Positions 49,509 through 59,757 of a stretch of 64,000 nucleotides of DNA are shown piece after piece. The DNA comes from Promethearchaeati archaeon SRVP18_Atabeyarchaeia-1 (lineage in GTDB: Archaea > Asgardarchaeota > Atabeyarchaeia > Atabeyarchaeales > Atabeyarchaeaceae). Where the stretch lies: NCBI GenBank assembly GCA_037308085.1, contig CP147779.1:160001-224000 (forward strand). Reading direction: 5' to 3'. The position numbers and the translations under genes are program-made. The first letter of the stretch is position 1. Each line of letters starts with the position of its first letter. The notes beneath the pieces are model-generated. The model did not search any database. It saw only the letters and a list, made by a program, of their open reading frames with translations, and had not been told where the DNA came from.

Positions 49509-50588
49509 ATGAGCAAGGCAGGATTTCTACCTAAAGGCAAGCTTCGAGGCGAAGAACTCAGCAGAATCGTTCTTCAGCATCTCCCAATGCTAAGCGGAGG
49601 GGCGACTATCAATCTCGATTTCTCGAAGTTCTCAGCCAGTAGTGGGGAGCTGATCGTCTCTTGTGACCCTATCATCGGTATCCCTCCCGAGTATTATGGT
49701 TTTTCAGCAGTCCACGTGCCAGGAGCCGACATCGCGGTTGCGGGAGTCAAACCGACGTACCTTGAGTTGGGAGTCTATTACCCGCCAGGCTACTCTGCAG
49801 AGTGGCTTGAAAGGAATATGCGCGACTTGGGAGATGAGGCAAGAAGGCTGGGAATCAAGATCATCGGGGGACACACCGGAGGATATGACGGGCTTTCGCA
49901 ACCACTAATATCATCAACCTGCATCGGGGTGATTAAGAACCGGCTGCTGATGCCTTCCCAGATAGAAGTCGGTGACAGGTTGCTGGTCTCTGGTCCCGTG
50001 ACTCATGAATTGGCAATATTCCTTTCTTATGTGGAAGCTGGGAAAGTGGAGAAACTGCTGGGGACCAAGAAGACGGCGGCGCTGAGGAAAGACATGAAGC
50101 GAATCACCGTCATAGAACCGGCGCTGGCCGCAGCCGAAGCTGGAGCCCGGGCGATGCACGACATAGCTGAAGGCGGAACGGCACTTGCGTTGAAGGAATT
50201 TTCTGAAGCCTCCAGGCTGGGAATCGAGTTTAACTATGACTTGATACCTTGGAGCAGCGAAGGACTCTCAGTCACTAAGGAGTTCGGCGCTGATCCCCTC
50301 TCAACATCTTCCTTTGGTAGCCTTCTGGTCGCCGTAAGTCAAGATCGTGTTGAAGGAGTTCTCGATGCACTTGCCAAGCAGGGGAGACCCGCCAGGGAAG
50401 TGGGCTATTTCCTTGAGAATAGGGGGGTCGTTGTGAAGAGGGGGGATAGGAGGACAAGGCTGGAGATAGGGGAAGACATCTATGGCCGTTTCACTCCAAA
50501 GCTTCAACAAAGTACTAGTTCAACAGGAGGAGATGGATCCGGATCCTCTTTCAAGACCCGTCGCGTTGTGACACGGGAAAAGGCATAA
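49509..50588 (+). CDS. AIR synthase/HypE/ThiL-like protein
   Basis: SCDPI, ADIAVAG, GGHT, AMHDIAEGG. Confidence 0.8.
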   Translation: MSKAGFLPKGKLRGEELSRIVLQHLPMLSGGATINLDFSKFSASSGELIVSCDPIIGIPPEYYGFSAVHVPGADIAVAGVKPTYLELGVYYPPGYSAEWLERNMRDLGDEARRLGIKIIGGHTGGYDGLSQPLISSTCIGVIKNRLLMPSQIEVGDRLLVSGPVTHELAIFLSYVEAGKVEKLLGTKKTAALRKDMKRITVIEPALAAAEAGARAMHDIAEGGTALALKEFSEASRLGIEFNYDLIPWSSEGLSVTKEFGADPLSTSSFGSLLVAVSQDRVEGVLDALAKQGRPAREVGYFLENRGVVVKRGDRRTRLEIGEDIYGRFTPKLQQSTSSTGGDGSGSSFKTRRVVTREKA

Positions 50589-50647
50589 ATGAATATGTGG
50601 CTTATATAAGCCATTGATAAGTGCCCAAGTGATTTGAGGAGAGCTAA

Positions 50648-51349
50648 TTGAAAAAGGAAGGTAGCATTGGATCTGCTGTCAGTGCCGCTAGGTCGCAGAC
50701 AATTGCCTTAACAGGGGTTCTATCTGCTGTCGTGGCAATTCTAACCTTCGTGGTAATACCTGCCCCTCAACCACTAGGGGGATTCGATGCTTCATCAATA
50801 CTAGTGCTCTCGCTGCCCATCCTACTGGGAACTGAAATCGGAACAGCGATAGTTTGCGTAGGGGAATTTGTCGGAACCCTGTTTCTCATGCTCATTGGTC
50901 TTGCCGCACCGTACTATGTTCCAGGAATAGTTGCAGTCCGAGGCTCCGAGGCGTATATTGTCGGAAAAATCGCTGAAAGCGGATTGTTCGGAAGGAAAAA
51001 GGAAGGAAGAAGAGAACTCTTTGCAGTGTCTCTGGGTCCCGTCTGGGAGACCTTCGGATTCATAGCAGCAAACTACTATCTCTACTACCTGTTGATGGGT
51101 CCTGAATTGGCGGTCGCTAACTCGGTCTACCTGCTTTTGGTGCTCGTCGACTTGGTGTGGGTAGCCCCAGCCATCGCCGTCCTTTCAGCAGTCAGGGATT
51201 GGATCAGCTCCAGTCACACGGACATAAGACTCGAGCTACAGGCGGCAGGCGATACGAAGAAAACCCTCTTCCGAATCTCAGCAATATTCATAATATCATG
51301 CTGGGCGCTTCTACTTCTTATCCCATTTGTACTTACGAGTTGGTTCTAG
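50648..51349 (+). CDS. ECF transporter S-component-like membrane protein
   Basis: About 6-7 TM helices, IA.TGVLSAVV.ILT..IP N-terminus. Confidence 0.7.
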   Translation: MKKEGSIGSAVSAARSQTIALTGVLSAVVAILTFVVIPAPQPLGGFDASSILVLSLPILLGTEIGTAIVCVGEFVGTLFLMLIGLAAPYYVPGIVAVRGSEAYIVGKIAESGLFGRKKEGRRELFAVSLGPVWETFGFIAANYYLYYLLMGPELAVANSVYLLLVLVDLVWVAPAIAVLSAVRDWISSSHTDIRLELQAAGDTKKTLFRISAIFIISCWALLLLIPFVLTSWF

Positions 51350-51500
51350 ACGCTATTTCTTAATATAGACAGACCATGATTAGTAATAGCCGCTCTGTCG
51401 AAGAATACTTGGCGGTGGCTGAGACGTATTGTCGCAAGTAGAATCGCTTACTGGGTCTACTCAAAAAGAGACTGCTTGCCATAAGGAGGTATAGAATCCA

Positions 51501-53039
51501 ATGAGTTCCTTGGAATTGTCACCACATGGATTGACGTTGGAGAATGTCGTTGACGTTGCTCGCAACTACTTGAGTGTCAGCCTGTCCATAGAGCTTCTGG
51601 AAAAGGTGAAGAAATCTCTGGCGGTAATTGAGAAGGCGGTGTCCGAGGAGAAGACCGTGTACGGAGTTACAACAGGCTTTGGAGCTCTAAGTGACAAGAT
51701 TATTCCGAAGGGAGATGCTGAGAAGTTACAGGTGAATCTCCTACTCAGTCACTCCGCGGGAGTCGGCGAACCACTTGACAGAGAGACGGTCAGGGCGCTT
51801 ATGCTCTTGCGTGCGAATACCCTCGCAAGAGGATACTCGGGTGTCTCCCCCAACACTATTGAGCTTATTATTAAGATGTTGAACAGACGCCTGCACCCAG
51901 TGGTTCCTCGGAAGGGTTCTGTTGGAGCAAGCGGCGATCTTGCTCCATTGGCGCACGTTGCCGCGACAATGATTGGAGAAGGCAAGGTAGAGTACCAAGG
52001 GAAGATTATGCCCTCTCGTGAAGGACTAAAGCTAGCACATCTGAACCCGATTAGGCTTGGCCCTAAGGAGGGGTTAGCGCTGATCAATGGGTCGCAGTTG
52101 GTCACTGCAATTGGTTCGCTTGCAGTCCATGACTCAGAAAACCTCCTAAAAGCGTCTCAGATAGCTACAGCTCTGTCTCTGGAGGCATTGAATGGGAGGC
52201 TAGACGCGTTTGACAGGAGAATCCACATGGTCAGACCTCATAGTGGTCAGATCGCTGTCGCTGCTAACATAATGAGTATTGTCAAGGGAAGTCGGATACT
52301 CGCAGATCCCACAGGTAAGAGAGTTCAAGACGCCTATTCTCTGAGGTGTTCTCCTCAGGTCATTGGCGCCTCCAAGGATGCGATCGATTATGCGAGGAAG
52401 GTGATTGAGGTGGAAATTAACTCCGCAACAGACAATCCGCTTGTTTTCGCGGAAGACGGTGAGGTATTGTCTGGCGGTAATTTCCATGGTCAGCCGTTGG
52501 CAATCGCCATGGATCTTCTCGCCATTGCGCTGTGCAACATTGGCAACATATGTGAGAGGAGAATCGCGAGACTGACAGATGAGAGACTGAGTGAAGGTCT
52601 GCCCGCATTTCTGCTTAAGAAGCAAGGTGAAGAAGGATTGAGTAGCGGTTTCATGATCGCGCAGTGCACTGCCGCTTCCTTGGCGGCAGAGAATAGATCT
52701 CTGTCTAGCCCAGCGAGCGTGAACTCGATTCCCACAAGCGCTAATCAAGAAGATCACGTCAGCATGGGGCTGACTGCGGCGACAAAAGCTAGAGAAGTCC
52801 TCAGGAACGATGAATACATTGTTGCGATTGAACTTCTGTGCGCGGCGCAGGGGCTTGAATTCAGGGGAGTTGGGAACTCGGGTCTGGGAACGTCGGAAGC
52901 TTACCGCGCCATAAGGAAGACTGCACCAAGTCTTGACGCAGATGCCGAACTAAGTCCGCTCATCGAAGCTGCAACTAGCTTAGTTCGTAAAGGCGAATTG
53001 GTTGAGTTAGTTGAGAAGAAGACCGGCAACCTCAAGTAG
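51501..53039 (+). CDS. hutH: Histidine ammonia-lyase
   Basis: VYGVTTGFG, GASGDLAP (MIO), KEGLALING, QDAYSLRC, GGNFHG, QEDHVSMG. Confidence 0.96.
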   Translation: MSSLELSPHGLTLENVVDVARNYLSVSLSIELLEKVKKSLAVIEKAVSEEKTVYGVTTGFGALSDKIIPKGDAEKLQVNLLLSHSAGVGEPLDRETVRALMLLRANTLARGYSGVSPNTIELIIKMLNRRLHPVVPRKGSVGASGDLAPLAHVAATMIGEGKVEYQGKIMPSREGLKLAHLNPIRLGPKEGLALINGSQLVTAIGSLAVHDSENLLKASQIATALSLEALNGRLDAFDRRIHMVRPHSGQIAVAANIMSIVKGSRILADPTGKRVQDAYSLRCSPQVIGASKDAIDYARKVIEVEINSATDNPLVFAEDGEVLSGGNFHGQPLAIAMDLLAIALCNIGNICERRIARLTDERLSEGLPAFLLKKQGEEGLSSGFMIAQCTAASLAAENRSLSSPASVNSIPTSANQEDHVSMGLTAATKAREVLRNDEYIVAIELLCAAQGLEFRGVGNSGLGTSEAYRAIRKTAPSLDADAELSPLIEAATSLVRKGELVELVEKKTGNLK

Positions 53040-53107
53040 CTCATTTGGGTTTGACGTTGCTGATTCCTGTTGGCTCGCGACGGCCTTAGGTCTCAAGAGA
53101 AGCTTCC

Positions 53108-54379
53108 CTAGTTTATTCTTCTGCCATTTTCTGCTACCAATCTGCCCTTCTTGAAGACTTTTTCCGCCAAGTTGACGCCGTAGTGGTATGAGAAGTATTT
53201 GTGATTGGGAGCGTTGAATATCACTATGTCCGCGTTCTTTCCCTCTTCCAGACTTCCCGTTACATGAGCCCGCTCAATTGAGTGGGCGGCATTTATTGTC
53301 GACGCTACTAGCGCCTCTTCCGTCGTCATTTTCATCTGCAGGATTGCGATGGTCATCATCATTTGCATTGACTCACACATGTCTGCCGCGCTCAGGTCCG
53401 TTCCCAATGCGATAGGTAATCCTCTGTTTATGATGTCTCTTGCCTTTGCGTATGTGCCCAAGTAGCAGAAGGGAGTGGTCGGCAAGAAAGTTCCAATTGC
53501 GCCTTTCTTCACCAAGGCTTCAATTTCGTCCGTTGGCGTGTATATTAGGTGGTCGGCAGAGATGACTCCTAGCTCCGCTCCCAGCCTTGCTCCTCCACTG
53601 TGCGCAAGCCAGTCGGCATGTATTCTCGGCCTCATGCCGTATTTTCTGCCGGTTGCCAGTATCTGTCTAGACTGGTCAACGTTGAAGTATCCCTTCTCAC
53701 AGAACACGTCACAGTATTCAGCGAGTCTTCTTTTCGCAACTTCTGGAATCCATTTCTCCACAATTTCCTCGGTCAGTTGATCAACCTTGTTCTCATATTC
53801 GACGGGGATTCCCTGAGCCATGAAGGTCGGAACTATCTCGATTGGATGGGTCTTCCCGAGGGTCTTGATTATTTCCATTTGCCTAATTTCGCCTTTGAAT
53901 GTCATTTCGTATCCGCTTTTGGCCTCTATTGTCGTCGTGCCATGAATAAGCATTGTATCAAGTATCTGGGTAGTTCGTTTAAGCAGTTCTTCTGTAGATG
54001 CCTCGCTTGTCATTCTCAGGGTTGTTGGCATTCCTCCTCCTTTTGCTTTGATTTCGAGATATGGAACGCCTTTTACGGCCATTGTCTCAAGTTCTTCTTC
54101 TCTTGAACCAGCAAAGATTAGATGAACGTGTGGATCGATGAGTCCAGGTGCGACGAGTCTGCCACCTGCGTCGATTACTTCGAATCCTTTTTCAAGCTTG
54201 TCAAGGACCTCTTTCGTGGTCCCGACGGCGACGATTTTTCCGTATTTGGCTGCGACCGCCCCGTCTTTTATGGCGCCGAGATCATTCATTTGTTCCCTGA
54301 TTTGAGGCTTGCCACTTTTCCCCTTTAGAGTCACCAGTTCATTTGCATTAATTATCGCGAAATCGGCTTCTACTGCCAT
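53108..54379 (-). CDS. hutI: Imidazolonepropionase-like amidohydrolase
   Basis: DPHVHLIFAGSR, EAKSGY, DVFCE, HAD, SADHL, GTD; some substrate motifs divergent. Confidence 0.8.
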   Translation of the reverse strand: MAVEADFAIINANELVTLKGKSGKPQIREQMNDLGAIKDGAVAAKYGKIVAVGTTKEVLDKLEKGFEVIDAGGRLVAPGLIDPHVHLIFAGSREEELETMAVKGVPYLEIKAKGGGMPTTLRMTSEASTEELLKRTTQILDTMLIHGTTTIEAKSGYEMTFKGEIRQMEIIKTLGKTHPIEIVPTFMAQGIPVEYENKVDQLTEEIVEKWIPEVAKRRLAEYCDVFCEKGYFNVDQSRQILATGRKYGMRPRIHADWLAHSGGARLGAELGVISADHLIYTPTDEIEALVKKGAIGTFLPTTPFCYLGTYAKARDIINRGLPIALGTDLSAADMCESMQMMMTIAILQMKMTTEEALVASTINAAHSIERAHVTGSLEEGKNADIVIFNAPNHKYFSYHYGVNLAEKVFKKGRLVAENGRRIN

Positions 54380-54404
54380 GTTTCGTCCCCTTTCTGCAGT
54401 GTGG

Positions 54405-55733
54405 CTATACGTCTAGATACTTCTTTCTCTCCCATTCATGCACTGTGAAGCTGAACTCTCTCCACTCTTTGGACTTGAGTTGGAGGAATTTCTCGCAGAA
54501 TGGGTGACCTAAGGCGTCTTGTATGATGCTGTCCTTGGAGAACTCGTTTAGTGCTTCTCCCAAGTTCCCCGGAAGCACACCTATGCCTTTTTCGGTTCTT
54601 TGTTTTTCGCTCATCTCGTAGATATCTTCTTCCACGGGTTCCGGGAGCTCCATTTTCCTTTTGATGCCATCTAATCCGGCGGCTAGAATGCCAGCAAATG
54701 CAACGTAGAAATTGCATGATCCGTCCGTTGGTCTGTATTCTATCCTAGTTCTCATCTCCTTTCCTGGCGGAACTCTCACAAGAACCGAACGGTTGTACTT
54801 CGCCCATGAAAGATATACTGGGGCTTCCCAGCCTGGAACAAGTCTCTTGTAGGAGTTGACCGAAGAGCTAGTTAGGGCTACCAACCCCTTTGCATGGGCT
54901 AGAATGCCGGCTATAAAGTTTAAGGCCGTCTCGCTCAGACCATAGCTTCCTCTTGAATCATAGAACATGTTCTCGGGCTTTTGTTCGTCTATCAGGCTCA
55001 CATGTGTGTGCAGTCCGCATCCGTACCCGTCATGGAAAGGCTTGGGCATGAAAGAAGCGACAAGCCCTTTCCTTGCAGCAGTCATTTTTACGATGAATTT
55101 TACCAAGTAGATGATGTCAGCCATTTTCAACGCATCGGTGTAGACCAAGTTCAACTCGTATTTTCCGGGCGGAACCTCGTGATGATGTTTCTCAACTGTG
55201 ATGCCGATATTTCTGAGGTTCTCGGTGATTTCGAGCCTCACATCGATTCCAAGATCTGCTGGGGGACTAGCCAAATATCCCCCTTCATCATATCGCTTGA
55301 TGTTGCCATCTTCAGTCTTCTTGAATAGGAAGTATTCTATCTCGCTACACGCGTTATACTTAACAGAATCTCCGAGGGTTTTCTCGGAATCATCCATGAC
55401 TCTCCTAAGCACAAACCTAGGGTCAACCTCAAAAGGCCTGTCGGATTCAGGCTCGTAAATGTCACAAACCACTCTCGCCATTCTCTGAGCGAAAATGGTG
55501 GGTGGCAGTACAGTAAATGTATCCGCATCTGGCATCAGCTTCAAATCACTTTCACTTATTTCCACCATGCCGACAGACGAACCATCCACGTGTATGCCCT
55601 CTTCAGCCACCTTCGAAAACAGCTCAGAGGGTACCCAAAGAGAATGCAGGATGCCAGACAGATCTGTGAACTGCAATGCTATCTCTTTCACTTTTTCTTC
55701 CTTGATTGTCTTTGCAATTTCGGATGCGTTCAT
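54405..55733 (-). CDS. Glutamine synthetase type I-like protein
   Basis: DGSS, HHEVPPG, FMPKP, GLHTH, RLVPGWEAP, NRS..VRVP, RIEYR. Confidence 0.88.
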   Translation of the reverse strand: MNASEIAKTIKEEKVKEIALQFTDLSGILHSLWVPSELFSKVAEEGIHVDGSSVGMVEISESDLKLMPDADTFTVLPPTIFAQRMARVVCDIYEPESDRPFEVDPRFVLRRVMDDSEKTLGDSVKYNACSEIEYFLFKKTEDGNIKRYDEGGYLASPPADLGIDVRLEITENLRNIGITVEKHHHEVPPGKYELNLVYTDALKMADIIYLVKFIVKMTAARKGLVASFMPKPFHDGYGCGLHTHVSLIDEQKPENMFYDSRGSYGLSETALNFIAGILAHAKGLVALTSSSVNSYKRLVPGWEAPVYLSWAKYNRSVLVRVPPGKEMRTRIEYRPTDGSCNFYVAFAGILAAGLDGIKRKMELPEPVEEDIYEMSEKQRTEKGIGVLPGNLGEALNEFSKDSIIQDALGHPFCEKFLQLKSKEWREFSFTVHEWERKKYLDV

Positions 55734-55881
55734 ACTTATCCCTCAGTGAACATCGCTTCCAGTTCTTCTTATATTGTTTTCTTTGAAGGGGAAGCAGCTA
55801 GGAGCAAGTTCTATAAATGTTTGGCGATGAGACTTATATCAGCGGGTATTGGCGATTCATAGAGGATTGTGAGACTATAAA

Positions 55882-56781
55882 ATGGGTTTCATGGTAAACG
55901 GGGTTCCGATCGATGATACCTTCTGTGAAACTTTTACGGTACGTGTCGCTAGAATACTTGTTACATCTGTAAACAGAAAATGGGCGCTAGAATCAGCCCT
56001 AGAGACCAAAGGTCTCGGCAGATCCGCCACCATTCCGCCTTCAGAGGCGTCAATAGAAGCTGAAGCCCAGCCAAAAGAGACTCCTGATGGTAGACCAGGC
56101 TTCATAATTCAGTTTCTCGACAGGAAGTACGAGCCACTGAGAGAATGGTTCATAGTCAGGATTAGGAAGGGGATACTGCCATACCCTAAGACTAGTGTGT
56201 TTGATGCTCTGCCGCCACAGATGGCTGAAGAATCTGTCGGAATTAGGGGAACAATGATACAGACCTTCGGAGACGGATTCGAGGAGGAGACCGAAGCTTT
56301 CGGAAAGGAAGTTTTCAAAATACCCAGGATGGACGGGTATTTCCATGTTCAGAAGGAATTCGGAATCGCGAAAGGCGTTGCTGGCGGCATGTTCCTGATT
56401 CTTGGAAAGTCGGATGAGGCAGCGCTAGAAGCCGCTGAACAGGCGGTTGATGCCACGAAATCGGTTCCCTATGTGGTAGGTAAGTTCGCCGCTTCTGGAA
56501 CCAAAGTTGGTGGAAAGAACTACAAGGATGCGATAGCCACCACCAACGACGAATACTGCCCAAGCCTATCGAGTAGAGAAGGGAGTAGAATTTCCGGGGA
56601 CGTGAAATGCGTTTACGAAGTCATAGTTAGCGGACTGAGGCTGGAGAATGTAGTCAGAGCAATGAAAACCGGTATAGACAGCGCCACAAAAGTGCGTGGA
56701 GTCCTCAACATTACCGCTTCAAACTACGGGGGAACACTGGGCAAAGGAAAGATTCACCTTCGCAGCCTTTTTCAGTCGTGA
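55882..56781 (+). CDS. ftr: Formylmethanofuran:H4MPT formyltransferase-like protein
   Basis: NGVPIDDTFCE, TPDGRPG, FGDGFE, GVAGG, SGTKVG, ATTN..YCP, VYEVIV, NYGG.LG. Confidence 0.85.
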   Translation: MGFMVNGVPIDDTFCETFTVRVARILVTSVNRKWALESALETKGLGRSATIPPSEASIEAEAQPKETPDGRPGFIIQFLDRKYEPLREWFIVRIRKGILPYPKTSVFDALPPQMAEESVGIRGTMIQTFGDGFEEETEAFGKEVFKIPRMDGYFHVQKEFGIAKGVAGGMFLILGKSDEAALEAAEQAVDATKSVPYVVGKFAASGTKVGGKNYKDAIATTNDEYCPSLSSREGSRISGDVKCVYEVIVSGLRLENVVRAMKTGIDSATKVRGVLNITASNYGGTLGKGKIHLRSLFQS

Positions 56782-57056
56782 GAAAGCGCGGAGGCTAGAG
56801 CAAAGCAACATTCCACCACCCTCTTTCCTACCTGCCCGCAGAGATCTCCAAGGAGCTCTTGTCTGGGTCGACCCTGAAGCCTTGGACATCGAGGAAAGCA
56901 GATCTCCCTGTTACCCTCAGGGTTTGCCCTCGCCTTCTCAAAGCATTGACCTTTGCATGGACACTGCTTTGGCTTTAAATATCGAGCCGGGGAACAGATT
57001 CCCAGCCTTAAAGTTAGGTACAAGGACAGGACTCTGGTAGTGGAGAAGGAGCTAAC

Positions 57057-57335
57057 ATGATTGGAACAAGCTTGTCAGAGGAGCTCGAGAAGAAGCAAGT
57101 AGATGTATGTGGTTCATACTCCAGCATGGATCCGCTTAGCGCGCGTGACAGGCTAAGAGCTATAAAAGAGGAGTTCACGTCAGTGGCCAAGGATTGCCCG
57201 TACTACAATGAAAAGGTCAGGTCGAGGTGTCTCGTCGACCCACACGTCATATTCATGCCCGAATGCACTGGAAGAAGCTTTGCCAACGGAATTTGCTGCC
57301 CCAAGATACTCCAGCCACCGGCTGACAGAAAGTAA
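57057..57335 (+). CDS. Small Cys-rich hypothetical protein
   Basis: AAGGAG SD before ATG; six Cys. Confidence 0.6.
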   Translation: MIGTSLSEELEKKQVDVCGSYSSMDPLSARDRLRAIKEEFTSVAKDCPYYNEKVRSRCLVDPHVIFMPECTGRSFANGICCPKILQPPADRK

Positions 57336-57485
57336 GCAACACAGAAGCCAAAACAAATCTATTGACAGGGTTCAGATCTACGCGGACATGTGTAGACATG
57401 CAGAAAGGTAACTGCGTATGACCACTTAAGGCGGGATTGCTTCCCACGGCGTAGTCTGGTCATTTAGAAACTCTGGCATCAAACT

Positions 57486-57542
57486 CTGGAGCGCGTTTAT
57501 TGTGAGGCTTCATTCACCGACGCGTTTCAGCGTCTTTTTCTT
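57486..57542 (+). terminator. 12-bp hairpin followed by a T-tract
   Basis: CTGGAGCGCGTT/GACGCGTTTCAG (three G-U pairs), then cgtctttttctt. Confidence 0.4.
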
Positions 57543-57639
57543 ATTAAACCTTATATAAGACGGACAGTCAATCCTTTATTATTCAGCCATTTAGGCCCCC
57601 TCTGTTTTAGCGAAAGTTGCCTATCGAGGTAGACTTGGC

Positions 57640-58782
57640 TTGCCTTCCCCTAACGATCGAATCTCACAATCCTTGCTCGATGACTTGGACTACATATCCA
57701 AGATCGACGCCCACAAGATGCGGACAATAATGCTAAGCTACCCTGAGTCCAGCCTCGAAGCATTTGACTTGGCTGAAGACTTGGAGCTTCCCTCAAGGAT
57801 CTCACCGCCTCCGAGGAACATTGTCTTCCTAGGTATGGGCGGTTCATCTATCGGAGGAAGTTTGATACGATCTTGGGCCAGCGAGCAGTCAAAGATTCCA
57901 ATTGCGCTCTGCCAGGACTATCATCTGCCAAACTTTGTCGATAGATATTCATTCGTTGTAGCTATAAGTTACTCCGGGAATACTGAAGAAACGCTCTCGG
58001 CTTTCATTGAAGCTGTCCAAAGAGGGTGTACCGTGGTCTCGGTCGCTTCTGGCGGGAAGTTGATGGAGTTCTCTGACGAACTCAATGTCCCATGTGTCAG
58101 GGTTCCCCCCGGTCTTCCCCCACGCGGAGCGCTACCTTACTTGTTCATGCCGCTTCTTTCACTCGTGAGCAGAGCAGGTATATATGTAGATCAGAAAGAG
58201 AGAGACGAGTCCGCGGAAATTCTCAGGGATCTGAGAACCGAGTTGAGGCCTGAGAGTAACTTCGAGAGTAACAGGGCAAAGAAGGTTGCCTTTGACTTAT
58301 TTGGTTTCATACCTGTAGTCTATGGATGGGGCAGATACGTTCCAGTTGCTCAGAGAATAAAGACCCAGTTCAACGAGAACTCAAAGATACCTGCATTCTG
58401 GTCAACGCTGCCAGAAGGGGACCACAACGACGTGATCGGCTGGGACGGAGACAAGGAAGCCTCGAAGAAGTTCTGCGCCATAATTGTAAGGGAGCCTCAA
58501 GAGCCCGAAGAGATCTGGAATAGAATCGAATCCACCAAGAGAGTGGTACTGGCTGATAGTCTGGGGAAGGTACTTGAGTTGAAGGCTACTGGGCAAACTG
58601 CTTTGGCGAGGATATTCTCCGTATTATATCTCGGAGACTTTACAAGCCTATACATGGCGGTACTGAGGGGAGTGGATCCGACGCCCGTAAAGGTAATTGA
58701 CAGGCTTAAGATAGAAATGGCAGGCAACCTAAGCATAATCAACTTTCTGGAGAACAAGGTAAAGAAGATGAAGAGTGGATGA
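57640..58782 (+). CDS. Bifunctional phosphoglucose/phosphomannose isomerase
   Basis: GMGGS, SYSGNTEET, SGGKL, PPR, NENSK, PEGDHN. Confidence 0.92.
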   Translation: MPSPNDRISQSLLDDLDYISKIDAHKMRTIMLSYPESSLEAFDLAEDLELPSRISPPPRNIVFLGMGGSSIGGSLIRSWASEQSKIPIALCQDYHLPNFVDRYSFVVAISYSGNTEETLSAFIEAVQRGCTVVSVASGGKLMEFSDELNVPCVRVPPGLPPRGALPYLFMPLLSLVSRAGIYVDQKERDESAEILRDLRTELRPESNFESNRAKKVAFDLFGFIPVVYGWGRYVPVAQRIKTQFNENSKIPAFWSTLPEGDHNDVIGWDGDKEASKKFCAIIVREPQEPEEIWNRIESTKRVVLADSLGKVLELKATGQTALARIFSVLYLGDFTSLYMAVLRGVDPTPVKVIDRLKIEMAGNLSIINFLENKVKKMKSG

Positions 58783-58803
58783 CGGATCCAATGCCTTGCC
58801 CAT

Positions 58804-59757
58804 CTAGCGCGGATAACTCAGTCCAGATCTCGGTTGATTCATCCCTTTCTTCTGAAGAGACCAGACGAGGTTCCTGGTGTTGTGGCAAAGACCATGGTTG
58901 TAGTTCTTATCAACAACAATTATCCCCATGTCCAACCCGCCTTGCCTAGTGTTCACCAAGTCAATAGACTGCTTTGCTGATTCCTGGGCCGAGAGTCCTT
59001 TTCTCACGTACTCGCATGCAGTTTTGCCTAAGCACAGTCTGACGGCAACTTCACCGATGCCAGTACATGACGCCCCTGAGTTCTCATCTGCATAGTTGCC
59101 AGCGCCTATGATCGGAGTATCACCAACTCTGCCAGGAAGCTTCAGCATTATGCCTCCAGTTGAGGTTGCGGCAGCGATATTCCTACTAGCATCTACTGCG
59201 ATTGCACCGACTGTTTCGCCCAAGTCGGGATATAGCTTTATGAGGTTCATTGTTTTTTGAAGATATTTGACCTCGCCTTTCTCAAACTTCGTCTTGGCTT
59301 CCTTCCACATCTCAACGCGCTCATCTGTCCTTGGGTCACATTTTTCCAGCCCAAACCTATCAGCCATTTTCTCAGCTGAGACGCCAACAACTAGTACGTG
59401 ATCTGTTTTTTCCATTATTGCTCTTGCCAATGAGACTGGGTGCCGAACATTTGAGATCATGGCGACGGCACCGCAGTTTAGCGTCTTGCCGTCGGAGATT
59501 GAGGCATCCATCTCGATTGTACCTTTCATTGTCAGTACTGAACCTGTCCCCGCATTGAATGACGGATTATCTTCCATTATTCTCACACATTCTTCGACTG
59601 CGTCAAGGGCAGATCCATCCGATGAAAGCTTAGAGAAGCCTCCAGTAACAGCTTCCCTGACTCCCTTCTCCACGATTCTCTCTCTTTCGGTTCTGACTTC
59701 TCCCGCTCCGCCGTGAGCGATTATTACGTAATTTCCTGAACGCACATCAACCACCAA
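58804..59757 (-). CDS. Isoaspartyl peptidase/L-asparaginase (Ntn hydrolase)
   Basis: HGGAG, FNAG, ETVGA nucleophile, TSTGG, GRVGD, TGIGE. Confidence 0.92.
   Translation of the reverse strand: MVVDVRSGNYVIIAHGGAGEVRTERERIVEKGVREAVTGGFSKLSSDGSALDAVEECVRIMEDNPSFNAGTGSVLTMKGTIEMDASISDGKTLNCGAVAMISNVRHPVSLARAIMEKTDHVLVVGVSAEKMADRFGLEKCDPRTDERVEMWKEAKTKFEKGEVKYLQKTMNLIKLYPDLGETVGAIAVDASRNIAAATSTGGIMLKLPGRVGDTPIIGAGNYADENSGASCTGIGEVAVRLCLGKTACEYVRKGLSAQESAKQSIDLVNTRQGGLDMGIIVVDKNYNHGLCHNTRNLVWSLQKKGMNQPRSGLSYPR

Noticed and set aside
56772-57023. Cys-rich minus-strand ORF (83 aa)
   Set aside because: No recognisable motif or SD; overlaps the ftr stop and the probable promoter of the next gene
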